Origin: Candidatus Micrarchaeota archaeon RBG_16_49_10
GTDB lineage: Archaea; Aenigmatarchaeota; Aenigmatarchaeia; CG10238-14
Direction: 5' to 3'
Length of the DNA stretch: 43,517 nt
NCBI GenBank assembly: GCA_001784635.1
Contig: MFRS01000004.1
Location: 14,151 to 57,667, forward strand
Numbering within the stretch: position 1 is the first letter of the stretch; each line of letters opens with the position of its first letter. A model generated the notes under the pieces. The model did not search any database, was not told the origin of the DNA, and worked only from the letters and a program-made list of their open reading frames with translations. Shown in pieces: positions 9,056-18,780 of this stretch. A program made the position numbers and the translations under genes.

Positions 9056-9625
9056 TTAAATTGTTGTAGTACTACTGGTGGATTCGGTGCTTGTAGATGA
9101 CGTCGTACTTGTGGTAGTAGCCCCGGCAGTATGCGAAACTTCATTAGAATAAACTCCACATTCTTCGCCTAAATACTCACAAATTCTGAAGTAATATGTG
9201 CTATTATCCAGATTCGCTATTGTCATCTCTCTGACGTTTGAGTTTCTGATATATTGAAACTCATCCCCCTCTCTCAAAGGGTATGCAGGGTTGGACGCTT
9301 TAGACCAAATTATCCTAAAACCTTGGGGAGATTCACCAACGACATCCCACAATAATTTAATTTTACCTATATCGATGTATTCAAGCTCCAACAATATCCC
9401 ATCGACTTTTGACCCCAAGGTTGTTGAAGATGTTGTAGTGTTTTCTAAAGTTGTCACAGGGATAGTCGATTGAATTGAAGTGCTGGGATTTATGGTTGTA
9501 TTCTCGGTGATTGTTGTCACAGGTGTTAATGTTGTGGTTGGCTCCCCAGACTTTATACCAACTTTAGTACAGCCACTTAGAGTTAATACAAAAATAATGG
9601 ACAGAATTAGTGTCAATTTTTTCAT
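9056..9625 (-). CDS. Predicted lipoprotein with a beta-rich (FnIII-like) domain flanked by Thr/Ser-rich linkers
   Basis: MKK + hydrophobic stretch + LSGC lipobox; T/S-rich tracts; 'IKLLWD...GFRIIW...TYYFRICEY' FnIII-like pattern. Confidence 0.7.
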   Translation of the reverse strand: MKKLTLILSIIFVLTLSGCTKVGIKSGEPTTTLTPVTTITENTTINPSTSIQSTIPVTTLENTTTSSTTLGSKVDGILLELEYIDIGKIKLLWDVVGESPQGFRIIWSKASNPAYPLREGDEFQYIRNSNVREMTIANLDNSTYYFRICEYLGEECGVYSNEVSHTAGATTTSTTSSTSTESTSSTTTI

Positions 9626-9742
9626 AATATTAAATTACCAAGTTTCCAAATATAATTTACGGTATAAAGTATAGGAGTTGTAATTGAGTTCCCTCGTCCT
9701 TTCCTGGATTTGGAGTAAAAGAAAAGTAGGTAAAAATTTGCC

Positions 9743-10951
9743 TTAAGTATTTGCAGAATCTTCATAAGGTATCTTCAAGGCCTCGATTCCCGGCAACTTC
9801 TTCCCAGCCAAATATTCTATGAACGCCCCGCCAGACAGGCTGACATGCGTGAACTTCCCAGCGTCGATTCCGAAGTCCTCCAGCGAATCCGTCGTATGGC
9901 CGCCCCCTATCATCGAGAACTTCACCTCTGATGCTTTTTTGAAAAGCTCCTTGGTCCCATTCTCAAAATCCTTCTCCTCGTAGACGCCTGCAGGGCCCTT
10001 CACTATCACGGTCTTCATCCCGTCCAGGATTTCCGAGTACTTCTCTATGGTCTTGGAGCCTATATCCTTAATCATCTCGTCAGTGGGTAGGGTGTTGATT
10101 TCCAACCTCCCTGATTCTGAGGTTATGGCGAAATCGATGGGCGTCTCTATTTTATCGTCGAACGCCACCACCAGCCTCTTTGTCTCCTCGAGGTTGTCGA
10201 GATGTCCCTCCTTCTCAAGATACTGCATTGTCGGCTCCCCAAGCTCGAACCCCCTGGCAACCAGAAAGAGGTGACCCAGAACGCCATACACTATGACCTT
10301 GTCTGCCCTTTCAATCATGTTCTTTATGACTGCGAGCGTCTCGATAGTCTTCGCGCCGCCGAACATCAGCGCCATCGGCCTCTCGGGGTCCTTGGTCACC
10401 AGCTCGAGGAAGTTCACTTCCCTTTCGAGCAGTCTGCCGGTCAGGGAGGGAAGAACCTTTGTAAAGCCAACTATAGATGCATGGGAACGGTGGCATGACG
10501 GGAAGGCATCGTTTATGAAGACATCGAAGAGTGGCGCGAGCTTCGTGACCAGCTCGCCCTGTGCATGCTCCTCCGCCGTCCTCTCCTTGGCCTCGCCCTC
10601 GACGAACCTCACGTTCTCGAGGAGTAATATCTCGCTGTCCTTCAGCGAGTTTATCTTCTCTACGGCGCTCTCGCCAACCACATCCTCGACGAACTGCACG
10701 TCCTTCAGCATGAATTCGGAGAGCTTCCTTGCGTGCTGCTTGAGAGATATGAAGTCCTCCTCCCCCTTCTTGCCCTGGTGGGAGATTGCGACCACCTTCG
10801 CATTCTTCTTAGAAAGCTCATTTAGAGTCTCGGTCGCCGCCCTGATCTTGGTGAAACCATCGAGCTTCCCGTCCTTGACCGGGGAGTTGATGTCAACCCT
10901 TATCAGTACCCTTTTTCCCTGGAAATCGAAGTTTTCCATCGTCCTGAACAT
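9743..10951 (-). CDS. pgk: Phosphoglycerate kinase
   Basis: RVDINSP, SHQG, LLENVRF, DAFPSCHRSHAS, GGAK, GGGHT, SLSGGAF. Confidence 0.97.
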   Translation of the reverse strand: MFRTMENFDFQGKRVLIRVDINSPVKDGKLDGFTKIRAATETLNELSKKNAKVVAISHQGKKGEEDFISLKQHARKLSEFMLKDVQFVEDVVGESAVEKINSLKDSEILLLENVRFVEGEAKERTAEEHAQGELVTKLAPLFDVFINDAFPSCHRSHASIVGFTKVLPSLTGRLLEREVNFLELVTKDPERPMALMFGGAKTIETLAVIKNMIERADKVIVYGVLGHLFLVARGFELGEPTMQYLEKEGHLDNLEETKRLVVAFDDKIETPIDFAITSESGRLEINTLPTDEMIKDIGSKTIEKYSEILDGMKTVIVKGPAGVYEEKDFENGTKELFKKASEVKFSMIGGGHTTDSLEDFGIDAGKFTHVSLSGGAFIEYLAGKKLPGIEALKIPYEDSANT

Positions 10952-10965
10952 AAGCGCTCAATAAC

Positions 10966-12000
10966 TCATTTAATGCCAAGGGACTCGTTGGTCCTCTTCA
11001 CGCACTCCCACTTGTCCTTCTCCAGCCCGAACATCGCGCGTATGCAGTCGATGTTCTCGGGTATCACTATGGACTCGGAATGCACCGCATGGTTCCAGAA
11101 CAGCTTGTTGCCGATGACTGAGACCAGCTCGTCCCATATCGCGACCTCGGGCATGTCGTACCTGGGCCTCCCAAGGTCCCTGTACCTTTCGATTATCTCG
11201 GACGTTGAGGTGTAGCCGTCCTTCTTCTTTAGGAGTGTTATTCTAGGTGTTTCTGAAAATACTTTTTTCACCTCTTCTGTGGTGGAATCCCTCTTCAGCG
11301 TGGCGCTGACTACATGAACATGGGTGAGCGTGGTCGGGACTTTGACCGCCATCGTCATTATATTCAGATTAGGCATTATCGTCTTCAGGTCAGGCCCGTG
11401 GTGCGAGGGAACGTCGTCAGGCACTATCGAGTTTATCGGCCCCTTCGACGGGTTCCATGGGTCTACAGCCCTCCTGACAAGGGAAACGAAGACACTCTCT
11501 ATGCCTATCCTGTTGTCTATCGCCCACATGGTCCTCGCGAGCGACGTGGTGTTGCAGCTCGGCACCCTCACGCAGCTCTTCCCGAAGGCCTGCTCGTAGT
11601 TAACGAAGGTGTTGAAGGTCATCTCGGCTATCCCCGCCTTCTCGCCGCCCTGGAAGATCGACTTGACGCCGAACCTCTCGTAGGTCTCCTTGTTCTTGGC
11701 CCCTATCCCCTCCGGCGTGCAGTCTATGACCAAATCCACCGTACCGCTTTTAAGAAGGTCTGGCAGTGTACCCTTGACATACATGTCTTTCCTAAGCTTC
11801 TCAATCATATCCGGCACTGAGCAATACAAGTCGGTCCCATGCAGAGGCCCCTCAGGCTCAAGGTTTGTCTTCAGCGTCGACGTGGGGGAAACGTCCGATA
11901 TCCCCACAAGCTCCATATCCTTCTGGAGCCTCACCGCATGCGCGACCCTCTTCCCTATGGCGCCGATGCCATTCACGACAACCTTGGGCTTCATAACCAT
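10966..12000 (-). CDS. gap: Glyceraldehyde-3-phosphate dehydrogenase, archaeal phosphorylating type II
   Basis: NGIGAIGKRVA, DCTPEGIG, FQGGEK, catalytic PSCNTT, SHHGPD, PENIDCIRA. Confidence 0.96.
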   Translation of the reverse strand: MVMKPKVVVNGIGAIGKRVAHAVRLQKDMELVGISDVSPTSTLKTNLEPEGPLHGTDLYCSVPDMIEKLRKDMYVKGTLPDLLKSGTVDLVIDCTPEGIGAKNKETYERFGVKSIFQGGEKAGIAEMTFNTFVNYEQAFGKSCVRVPSCNTTSLARTMWAIDNRIGIESVFVSLVRRAVDPWNPSKGPINSIVPDDVPSHHGPDLKTIMPNLNIMTMAVKVPTTLTHVHVVSATLKRDSTTEEVKKVFSETPRITLLKKKDGYTSTSEIIERYRDLGRPRYDMPEVAIWDELVSVIGNKLFWNHAVHSESIVIPENIDCIRAMFGLEKDKWECVKRTNESLGIK

Positions 12001-12073
12001 CAATAACTATTTGCCGGGATGCATAATAAATGTTGGTGTTAAAAATTTCTTTAAAGAAACACAAGTTATTCTT

Positions 12074-13381
12074 ATGTCCAAGAAGCTCTTCTTCATAATC
12101 CTGGATGGCGCGGGTGGCACCCCCTCCAAGGAGCTTGGCGGGAAGACCTCAATAGAGTATGCCGAGACGCCAAACCTTGACTTCCTTGCCGGGAAGGGGA
12201 AGACGGGCATGATCGACGTGATGGGGAGTACAGCGCCAGAGACGGACAACGGGATGCTGTCGCTTTTCGGCTACGACCCTGCGAAATACTACACGGGCAG
12301 GGGGCCGCTCGAGGCTTTGGGGGCCGGGATAAATTTCGATGAGGGGAACCTGGCGGTGAGGTGCAACTTCGGGACGATAAGGGACGAAAAGGTTATAGAC
12401 ACGGGGGCTGGGAGGATAGACGCCAGGTCTGCGAGGAAGCTGATAGCCGCGGTCAACAGGAAGGTCAGGCTCGAGAGGGGGAATTTCAGGCTCCATTACA
12501 CGCTCAACTACAGGTCGGTCCTCATACTCAGGTCCAACAGGAGCCTCTCCGACCAGGTGTCCAACAACCACCCGGCATACAGGAGGGAGAGGAACTACGT
12601 CGAGAGGCCGATAACCAAGACGTCGGAGATGGTCTTTGACAAGGTCAGGCCGCTGGACAGCAGCGAGGGGGCGAAATATTCCTCGGACCTGCTCAACGAG
12701 TTCCTGGAAAAATCTGGGGACGTCCTAAGCGGGCACCACCTCAACTGGAGGAGAATAAAGAAAGGGTTGCACCCCGGCAACATGCTGCTCATTCGTGGGA
12801 CGGGGAATAGGCTCCCGAAGCTTGAAGGCTTTAATAAGGAGCAATTTAGGTGGCTCTGTATAGGCGATACGCCCTGCGAGAGGGGCATCGCAAAACTGCT
12901 GTACATGGATGTTGTTGATATCAAAGACCCGCTGTGCGACAAGCTGCCTGCGGTGAAGGGGATTGAGAAGATAGAGGAAAATGTTTCTAGGGACATGAGG
13001 GACAAGGCCAAGTGGGTGAGCAGGAACCTGGAAGACTACGACTGCTTCTACATCCACATAAAGGGGCCGGACCCATTCGGGCACCAGAACTCGCCGAGGG
13101 AAAAGGCCAAGGTCATCGAGGCCATAGACAAGGCCTTCATGGGCAAGCTGATGGAGATGGCGGACTTGGACAATTCCCTCATCTGCGTCACGAGCGACCA
13201 CTGCACCTCATGCGAGAAGAGGGCCCACACCAGCGACCCAGTCCCACTGCTGATTTCAGGGAGCTGGGTGCAAAAGGACGGCACAAAGAAGTTCGGGGAG
13301 AGCTCCTGCAGGAAAGGGGCTCTCAGGACTATTAAAGGAATGAAGCTGATGAGTATATTGATGGAGGAGTTCAGGAGATGA
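12074..13381 (+). CDS. apgM: 2,3-bisphosphoglycerate-independent phosphoglycerate mutase (archaeal ApgM)
   Basis: IILDGAGG, AETPNLD, YTGRGPLEALG, HIKGPDPFGH, TSDHCT, HTSDPVP. Start placed at ATG 12074, not the track's 11690. Confidence 0.93.
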   Translation: MSKKLFFIILDGAGGTPSKELGGKTSIEYAETPNLDFLAGKGKTGMIDVMGSTAPETDNGMLSLFGYDPAKYYTGRGPLEALGAGINFDEGNLAVRCNFGTIRDEKVIDTGAGRIDARSARKLIAAVNRKVRLERGNFRLHYTLNYRSVLILRSNRSLSDQVSNNHPAYRRERNYVERPITKTSEMVFDKVRPLDSSEGAKYSSDLLNEFLEKSGDVLSGHHLNWRRIKKGLHPGNMLLIRGTGNRLPKLEGFNKEQFRWLCIGDTPCERGIAKLLYMDVVDIKDPLCDKLPAVKGIEKIEENVSRDMRDKAKWVSRNLEDYDCFYIHIKGPDPFGHQNSPREKAKVIEAIDKAFMGKLMEMADLDNSLICVTSDHCTSCEKRAHTSDPVPLLISGSWVQKDGTKKFGESSCRKGALRTIKGMKLMSILMEEFRR

Positions 13382-14538
13382 TCGTCAAGAGGATTGATAT
13401 AAGGCCTATACTCGCGTTCAATGCGGAGAAGACGATAGAGGTGGAGCTTGAGACGGAAAAGGGTACAGTAAGGGCCTCGGTGCCCTTCGGGACGAGCAGG
13501 GGAAGCCATGAGGTCAAGTACCTGCCGGTCGAGAGCGCGATGAACAAGTTCTACCTATACAGGAGGGCCTTCACCAGGGAGACCTTCGACGGCATCCGGG
13601 AGGTGGACGAGGACATCAAGAAACTCGACGGGACGAGCAATTTCTCCACCATCGGCGGGAACCTGTCTCTTGGGGTCTCGATGGCGTTCCTGAAGGCCTT
13701 CGCGCTGAGCGAGGGGAAGGAGGTCTTTGAGATGCTGCTTGAGAAGAAGCCTATAATGCCGATACCGCTCTGCAACATGATAGGGGGGTGGGGTGGGATA
13801 AGCGACATCCAAGAGTACATGCTCTACCCTGTGCACCAGGAGTCCTTCTCGAAGTCCATGTTCATGATGGCCGAACTCTACAGGTTTGTGGAGAACAGGC
13901 TTTCCAAGATTGACAAGAACTTCCTCCACGGCAGGAACCTCGAGTCGGGATGGATAACCTCACTGAAGATAGACGAGGTGCTCTCGATGCTGACGGAAAT
14001 CTGCAAAGAGCACATGCTCAGGATAGGGGTGGACTTCGCAGCATCCGGCCTGTATGACGGCACCTACTACAACCTGAAGAACGAGGGTCTCAAGCTGACC
14101 ATAAGGGAGTACAGGGACTTTGTGCTGAAGCTGGTGAAGAAGTACCCAATCCATTACATTGAGGATCCTTTCGAGGAGGACGACTTCAATTCCTTCTCCA
14201 CTTTGCTAGAGAAGGCGCAGCCGAGGCTTGTCTGCGGGGATGACCTCTACACGACGAACCTCGTGAGGCTGAACAGGGGGATAAAGCTCAAGTCCTCGAA
14301 CGCCGTCCTGATAAAGCCTAACCAAATCGGAACGATAAGCGACACCATAGAAGTTGTGAATACAGCCAAGAAATATGGGATGAAGACCGTCATGTCGCAC
14401 AGGTCGGGGGAGACCGAGGACACTCTCATATCTCACCTTGCCGTCGGCCTAGGATGCGACTTCGTCAAGATGGGCATCGCGGGCGAGAGGGTCGTAAAGC
14501 TAAACGAACTTGCTAGGATAGAAGAAAAGCTTAAGTGA
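13378..14538 (+). CDS. eno: Enolase (divergent)
   Basis: DFAAS, IEDPF, GDDL, LIKPNQIG, SHRSGET, VKMG...ER..KLNEL; ATGA overlap with apgM. Confidence 0.9.
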   Translation: MIVKRIDIRPILAFNAEKTIEVELETEKGTVRASVPFGTSRGSHEVKYLPVESAMNKFYLYRRAFTRETFDGIREVDEDIKKLDGTSNFSTIGGNLSLGVSMAFLKAFALSEGKEVFEMLLEKKPIMPIPLCNMIGGWGGISDIQEYMLYPVHQESFSKSMFMMAELYRFVENRLSKIDKNFLHGRNLESGWITSLKIDEVLSMLTEICKEHMLRIGVDFAASGLYDGTYYNLKNEGLKLTIREYRDFVLKLVKKYPIHYIEDPFEEDDFNSFSTLLEKAQPRLVCGDDLYTTNLVRLNRGIKLKSSNAVLIKPNQIGTISDTIEVVNTAKKYGMKTVMSHRSGETEDTLISHLAVGLGCDFVKMGIAGERVVKLNELARIEEKLK

Positions 14539-14681
14539 CCTCATTTCTTCTTTGAAGTCTTTGCTGAAGATTTCTTCGATGTGGATTTCTTATCTGTGGA
14601 TTTGCATCCGCAACAACAACACATATCAATCAGAATGTTATATTGCAGCTCAAGGTAATAAACAATGCTGTATAGGGCCGC

Positions 14682-15647
14682 TCACCTTTTGACTTTCGCC
14701 TCACTTCCCCTGCCTGTGGGTATCCTTCTCCTCTTGAGCTCCGCGAGGACGCTCTCCATCAGGTCGCTCTTCACCTTCCCCACCTCAAGGACATTCCTGG
14801 TGGGGACCCTCACCTCGCAACCGACGGTCCACATGTCCATCTGCTTGAACCAGATTGTCGGTTCCCTGTCGCTTATCCTGTCTTTCGTTTTCCTCGCCCC
14901 CTCTATTATGGCCTGCTTGGCCTTGACGAAGTCGGTGCCGTGAGGCAGGAAAAGGTCGAAGTGCACGACAACCTCCGGGTACTTGTTGTAGTTCTTGATG
15001 CCCTTGGTCACCAGGACTATGTTCGGGATGCTCACGACCTCGTTGTCCAGGTTCCTTATGTGGGTGAAGATGAGGTCTATGTCAATCACATCGCCGAAGT
15101 TTTCGTCTATCTTCACCCTGTCACCCGGTTTTATGTCCTTGACCTTGTTCAGCACGTAGTAGGCTATGAAGTTCCCCAGGACGCTGGAGGCGAAGACGCC
15201 GAAGACGAAGCTTATGACCGTGACCGCGCTGCCGGTCAGGAATTCGAGTATCCACCCAAACACGCTGGCGAGCCAGATGTTGAGCACCATAACGAAGATG
15301 ACTATGTAGATAAAGTAGAGCAGGGAATAGGATAGGACGCTTGAGACGTACTTAGCGTGCTTCGGGCTGTAGAAAATCGAGTTGCCTGCTTTGTACAGCG
15401 CCGACTCGAGAATCTTTATGAAGTGCTTGTGGATTGCGAGCAAGGTTATGAAGGCACAGACGCTGAGGAGGACCTTGATGAAGAAGTCGTGGGCCAGCAG
15501 CTGGGACTGCTCCGAGCCGAAGACCGAGAAGTAGCCGGCGAAGAAGGTAAGCTTGACTATCAGGTATAGGATGAGGAATGGTGATATGCGGACGAGCCAC
15601 CAGGAGATGCCCTTCCAAAAAACTCCGTTGTCTATGCTCTCTGTCAT
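14682..15647 (-). CDS. mscS: Small-conductance mechanosensitive channel (MscS family)
   Basis: N-terminal TM helices, then KPGDRVKID..FGDVIDIDLIFTHIRNLDNEVVSIPN and C-terminal EPTIWF. Confidence 0.88.
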   Translation of the reverse strand: MTESIDNGVFWKGISWWLVRISPFLILYLIVKLTFFAGYFSVFGSEQSQLLAHDFFIKVLLSVCAFITLLAIHKHFIKILESALYKAGNSIFYSPKHAKYVSSVLSYSLLYFIYIVIFVMVLNIWLASVFGWILEFLTGSAVTVISFVFGVFASSVLGNFIAYYVLNKVKDIKPGDRVKIDENFGDVIDIDLIFTHIRNLDNEVVSIPNIVLVTKGIKNYNKYPEVVVHFDLFLPHGTDFVKAKQAIIEGARKTKDRISDREPTIWFKQMDMWTVGCEVRVPTRNVLEVGKVKSDLMESVLAELKRRRIPTGRGSEAKVKR

Positions 15648-15747
15648 TGAAAGATAATTGTGTTTACCTGTTTTTATTTTTTGGATTCCTGGCGGGGAAG
15701 GCGAATGAACCTATTTATAAGCCCAGCCCAAAATATTAGCTGAGTTT

Positions 15748-16467
15748 ATGCTTTTGGAGATCATCCTCTACAGCGGCCTAGCGGGCCTTGCCACGATAGC
15801 GGGTATAGTCTCTGTCCTGTACAAGAAGGAGTTGGTGAAGAAGTACTCGAAGTACATGGTCGCGATTGCGGCCGGCATCCTGATGGGCGCCTCCTTCTTT
15901 GACCTCATACCTGAGGCCATGGCGCTGAACCAGAATGCGCTGATGGTAGTCCTCGCCGGCATAGTAATCTTCTATTTCCTGGAGAACATGGTCGTCATCC
16001 ACATTTGTGAGGAAGAGGACTGTGGTGGGCACAGGTTCGGGATAATGACGATAATGGGCCTCGGGGTACATTCGCTGATAGACGGCGTAGCCATAGGGGC
16101 CGGGTTCGGAATCAGCTCGGCGCTGGGCCTTGTCACCACCTTGGCAGTCATATCCCACGAGATACCTGAAGGCATAATAACATCCTCCCTGCTGTTCGCC
16201 TCAAAATTCGAAAGGAGGAAAGGCATCATGTATTCCCTTGGCGTGGCTCTGGCAACCCCTGTCGGGGCGGTGGCGACCGCGCTCCTTCTGGGTAGCGTCA
16301 GCGAAAGCTTTTTGGGTGGTTTGGTGGCTCTGGCTGCAGGATCCTTCATCTACATATCGGCTGCCGACCTGATACCGGAGACCCACAAGAAGAGCTACAG
16401 CAAGACCAGCCTCTTTGTTTTGCTGGGAGTGCTTTTGTCGTACTTCATTTCATCGATTTTCGGCTGA
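15748..16467 (+). CDS. ZIP (ZupT/GufA) family metal transporter
   Basis: AAGILM..SFFDLIPEA, HSLIDG, HEIPEG, AAGSFIYI...DLIPE. Confidence 0.92.
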   Translation: MLLEIILYSGLAGLATIAGIVSVLYKKELVKKYSKYMVAIAAGILMGASFFDLIPEAMALNQNALMVVLAGIVIFYFLENMVVIHICEEEDCGGHRFGIMTIMGLGVHSLIDGVAIGAGFGISSALGLVTTLAVISHEIPEGIITSSLLFASKFERRKGIMYSLGVALATPVGAVATALLLGSVSESFLGGLVALAAGSFIYISAADLIPETHKKSYSKTSLFVLLGVLLSYFISSIFG

Positions 16468-16484
16468 GCACAGAAGAATAGGCA

Positions 16485-17123
16485 CTACTTTTTCCTAATC
16501 AGCGCCGTGTAGATTAGTATCACTGTCATCGTCGAAAGCAGCGTTAGAAAGACAGTGTACCCGAATATCAGGGCCATCGTCTCCTGTGTGATAAGGTTGT
16601 TCTGCGCCAAGGGCCTAAGTAGCCTGGCGAAGGTCAAGACTGAGATTATGAGCAATACCGAGAGCAGCAGCGACAGGTACATGAAGGGCTTGACCTTCTT
16701 CTTGGCCTTGGCTATCTCCTTGTACTCTATCTGCCTTGTGAGCGCCCTAATCATGTGGGGCTGATGGGAGACTATGTCCGTGTCCGTTATTATGCCGATC
16801 AGCTCCCCGTTCTCGACGACAGGCAGCTTTTTAATCTTATTCTTGGAAAGCTTTTGGACCGCCTCCTCGAGCGAACTGCTCTTGCTTATGGTTATGGGGT
16901 TTCTAGACATAATGTCCACTATTGAAGTCTTTCCGGGGTCCAGTGCCTTTAGCACGACCTTCCTCAAAACATCCCTCTCTGTTATTATTCCGACGAGTTT
17001 CTTATCCTTCAGGACAAGCAGAGAGCCGACGTTGCTCTTGGCCATCAGCGATACGGCTTCCCTAACCTTCATTCCAGGGGAAACCGTTAATGGCGTGGGT
17101 TTCATCGCCTGCTCTACAATCAT
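16485..17123 (-). CDS. Tandem CBS-domain protein with two C-terminal TM helices
   Basis: Two CBS repeats (LVGIITERD; LIGIITDTD) followed by two hydrophobic helices. Confidence 0.85.
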   Translation of the reverse strand: MIVEQAMKPTPLTVSPGMKVREAVSLMAKSNVGSLLVLKDKKLVGIITERDVLRKVVLKALDPGKTSIVDIMSRNPITISKSSSLEEAVQKLSKNKIKKLPVVENGELIGIITDTDIVSHQPHMIRALTRQIEYKEIAKAKKKVKPFMYLSLLLSVLLIISVLTFARLLRPLAQNNLITQETMALIFGYTVFLTLLSTMTVILIYTALIRKK

Positions 17124-17229
17124 AATATCTTTATTGTTTTCGTAAGATTAATAAATTTTACAGTTTGCCGGATTTTGGGTTTTCCCATAAATTAATTAGC
17201 TCTCCGGTCAAATATTCTTCGGTGACGAT

Positions 17230-18777
17230 TTGATTGAAAAGGAAATCATAAACATCATCTACCTGCTCGTGGTCGCCATTAGCGCGTCCATCATAGTCAA
17301 GAGGATAAGGTTCCACTACACAATTGCCCTGATCCTGGTGGGGCTGGCCATAAGTGTCATGCAGATTCCCATAGAGGTGGAGTTCAACCCCGAGGTCCTC
17401 ATGCTGATTTTCCTGCCCGCGCTGATCTTCGAGGGGGCATACCACATGGACTTCCAGGAGTTCAAAAGGAACATAAAGCCCGTATGGACGCTCGCGATTT
17501 TCGGCGTGCTTATATCGACGGCGGTTGTGGGACTACTCCTTAACAGGTTCCTTGGAATGCCCCTCGCTGTAGCCCTCCTTTTTGGAGCTATAATATCACC
17601 GACGGACCCCATATCTGTGCTGGCGATATTCAAGAAGTTCGGCGCCCCCAAGAGGCTTTCGACGATAATAGAGGGCGAGAGCATGTTCAACGACGGCGTC
17701 GGCATTGTGCTCTTCACCGTGATGCTTGGGTTAATCTCGACAGGGACCTTCTCTCTGGCCAGCGGCATAATAAGCTTTCTCACGGTGGTCTTTGGGGGAG
17801 TGATTCTGGGCGGCATCATAGGCTTTGCAGGGATAGAGGTGATGAAAAGGGCTGACGACCACCTGATAGATTTGCTCATCACAATAATAGTAGCCTACGG
17901 TGGGTTCGTTCTGGGTGAGTCCCTCCATGTGTCAGGAATAATAACAATAGCCATGGCCGGGCTGATAATAGGCGGCAACAAGGCGAAGATAATAAGGCCC
18001 TCGGGGCAGCTTGCGATATTCACGTTCTGGGAGTTCGCGGCGTTCATAATCAACTCCTTCGTTTTCCTCCTGATAGGGCTCAAGCTAAACCCCTCAATGA
18101 TACTAGCGAACCTCCACATCATACTCTACGTCTCTCTGATGGTCCTCGCCGCAAGGTTCCTCAGCGTCTACCTAATCAGCGGCTTCCTTAACCGCCTTGG
18201 CGACAACATCTCGAGGAAGTGGCGGTTCGTCATTTCCCTGAGCGGGCTGAGGGGCACGATACCGATAGCCCTGGTGCTGGGGTTGCCTGCGACCTTCTCC
18301 CATCTCGACTTCTTCGTTTCCATCGTCTTCGGGGTTGTCGCCTTCTCGTTGGTCGTGATGGGGCTGTGCCTAGGGCCGATAATGGGTAAGCTGAAGCTGA
18401 GGAAGAGGACTGAGAAGGAGTTCAGGTATGAGATGGACATAGGGAGTATAATCGGTTACAAGAAGGGCATTGACGAGCTCGATCGGCTTTTCAACAGCGG
18501 CAGAATATCCAAGAAGATATACGACAAGATAAGGAAGAGTTACACCGAGAAGATAGAGGGAATAGAGGAGGACGCGAACAAGCTCTTCGTCAGCGAGGGG
18601 AGGATAAGCGAGATACAGAGGCTCGTGATAAGCAGGGACCTCCTGATTGCGAGGAAAAGCGCCATCAAGGACGCGGAGATAAAAGGGCTCATCAGCGCGA
18701 AGGTGGCCGACCAGCTGATGTCCGAGATAGACCAGAAGCTGGTGGACATAGACATAGAGCTCGAGGAGAAGATGTAG
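17230..18777 (+). CDS. Na+/H+ antiporter, CPA1/NhaP family
   Basis: FLPALIFEGA, ISPTDPISV, EGESMFNDG, HVSGII, GLRG. TTG start with SD GGTGA 4 nt upstream. Confidence 0.92.
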   Translation: MIEKEIINIIYLLVVAISASIIVKRIRFHYTIALILVGLAISVMQIPIEVEFNPEVLMLIFLPALIFEGAYHMDFQEFKRNIKPVWTLAIFGVLISTAVVGLLLNRFLGMPLAVALLFGAIISPTDPISVLAIFKKFGAPKRLSTIIEGESMFNDGVGIVLFTVMLGLISTGTFSLASGIISFLTVVFGGVILGGIIGFAGIEVMKRADDHLIDLLITIIVAYGGFVLGESLHVSGIITIAMAGLIIGGNKAKIIRPSGQLAIFTFWEFAAFIINSFVFLLIGLKLNPSMILANLHIILYVSLMVLAARFLSVYLISGFLNRLGDNISRKWRFVISLSGLRGTIPIALVLGLPATFSHLDFFVSIVFGVVAFSLVVMGLCLGPIMGKLKLRKRTEKEFRYEMDIGSIIGYKKGIDELDRLFNSGRISKKIYDKIRKSYTEKIEGIEEDANKLFVSEGRISEIQRLVISRDLLIARKSAIKDAEIKGLISAKVADQLMSEIDQKLVDIDIELEEKM

Positions 18778-18780
18778 ACT

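Noticed and set aside
8995-9159. N-terminal extension of the 8587 ORF
   Set aside because: It overlaps the lipoprotein gene and crosses the GC hairpin; ATG 8994 is more plausible.
9060-9540. Thr/Ser-rich tracts as a DNA tandem repeat
   Set aside because: Codon-level low complexity of a protein linker, with no fixed repeat unit.
11690-12073. 128-aa N-terminal extension of apgM in the ORF track
   Set aside because: It overlaps gap on the opposite strand; the ApgM fold begins at ATG 12074.
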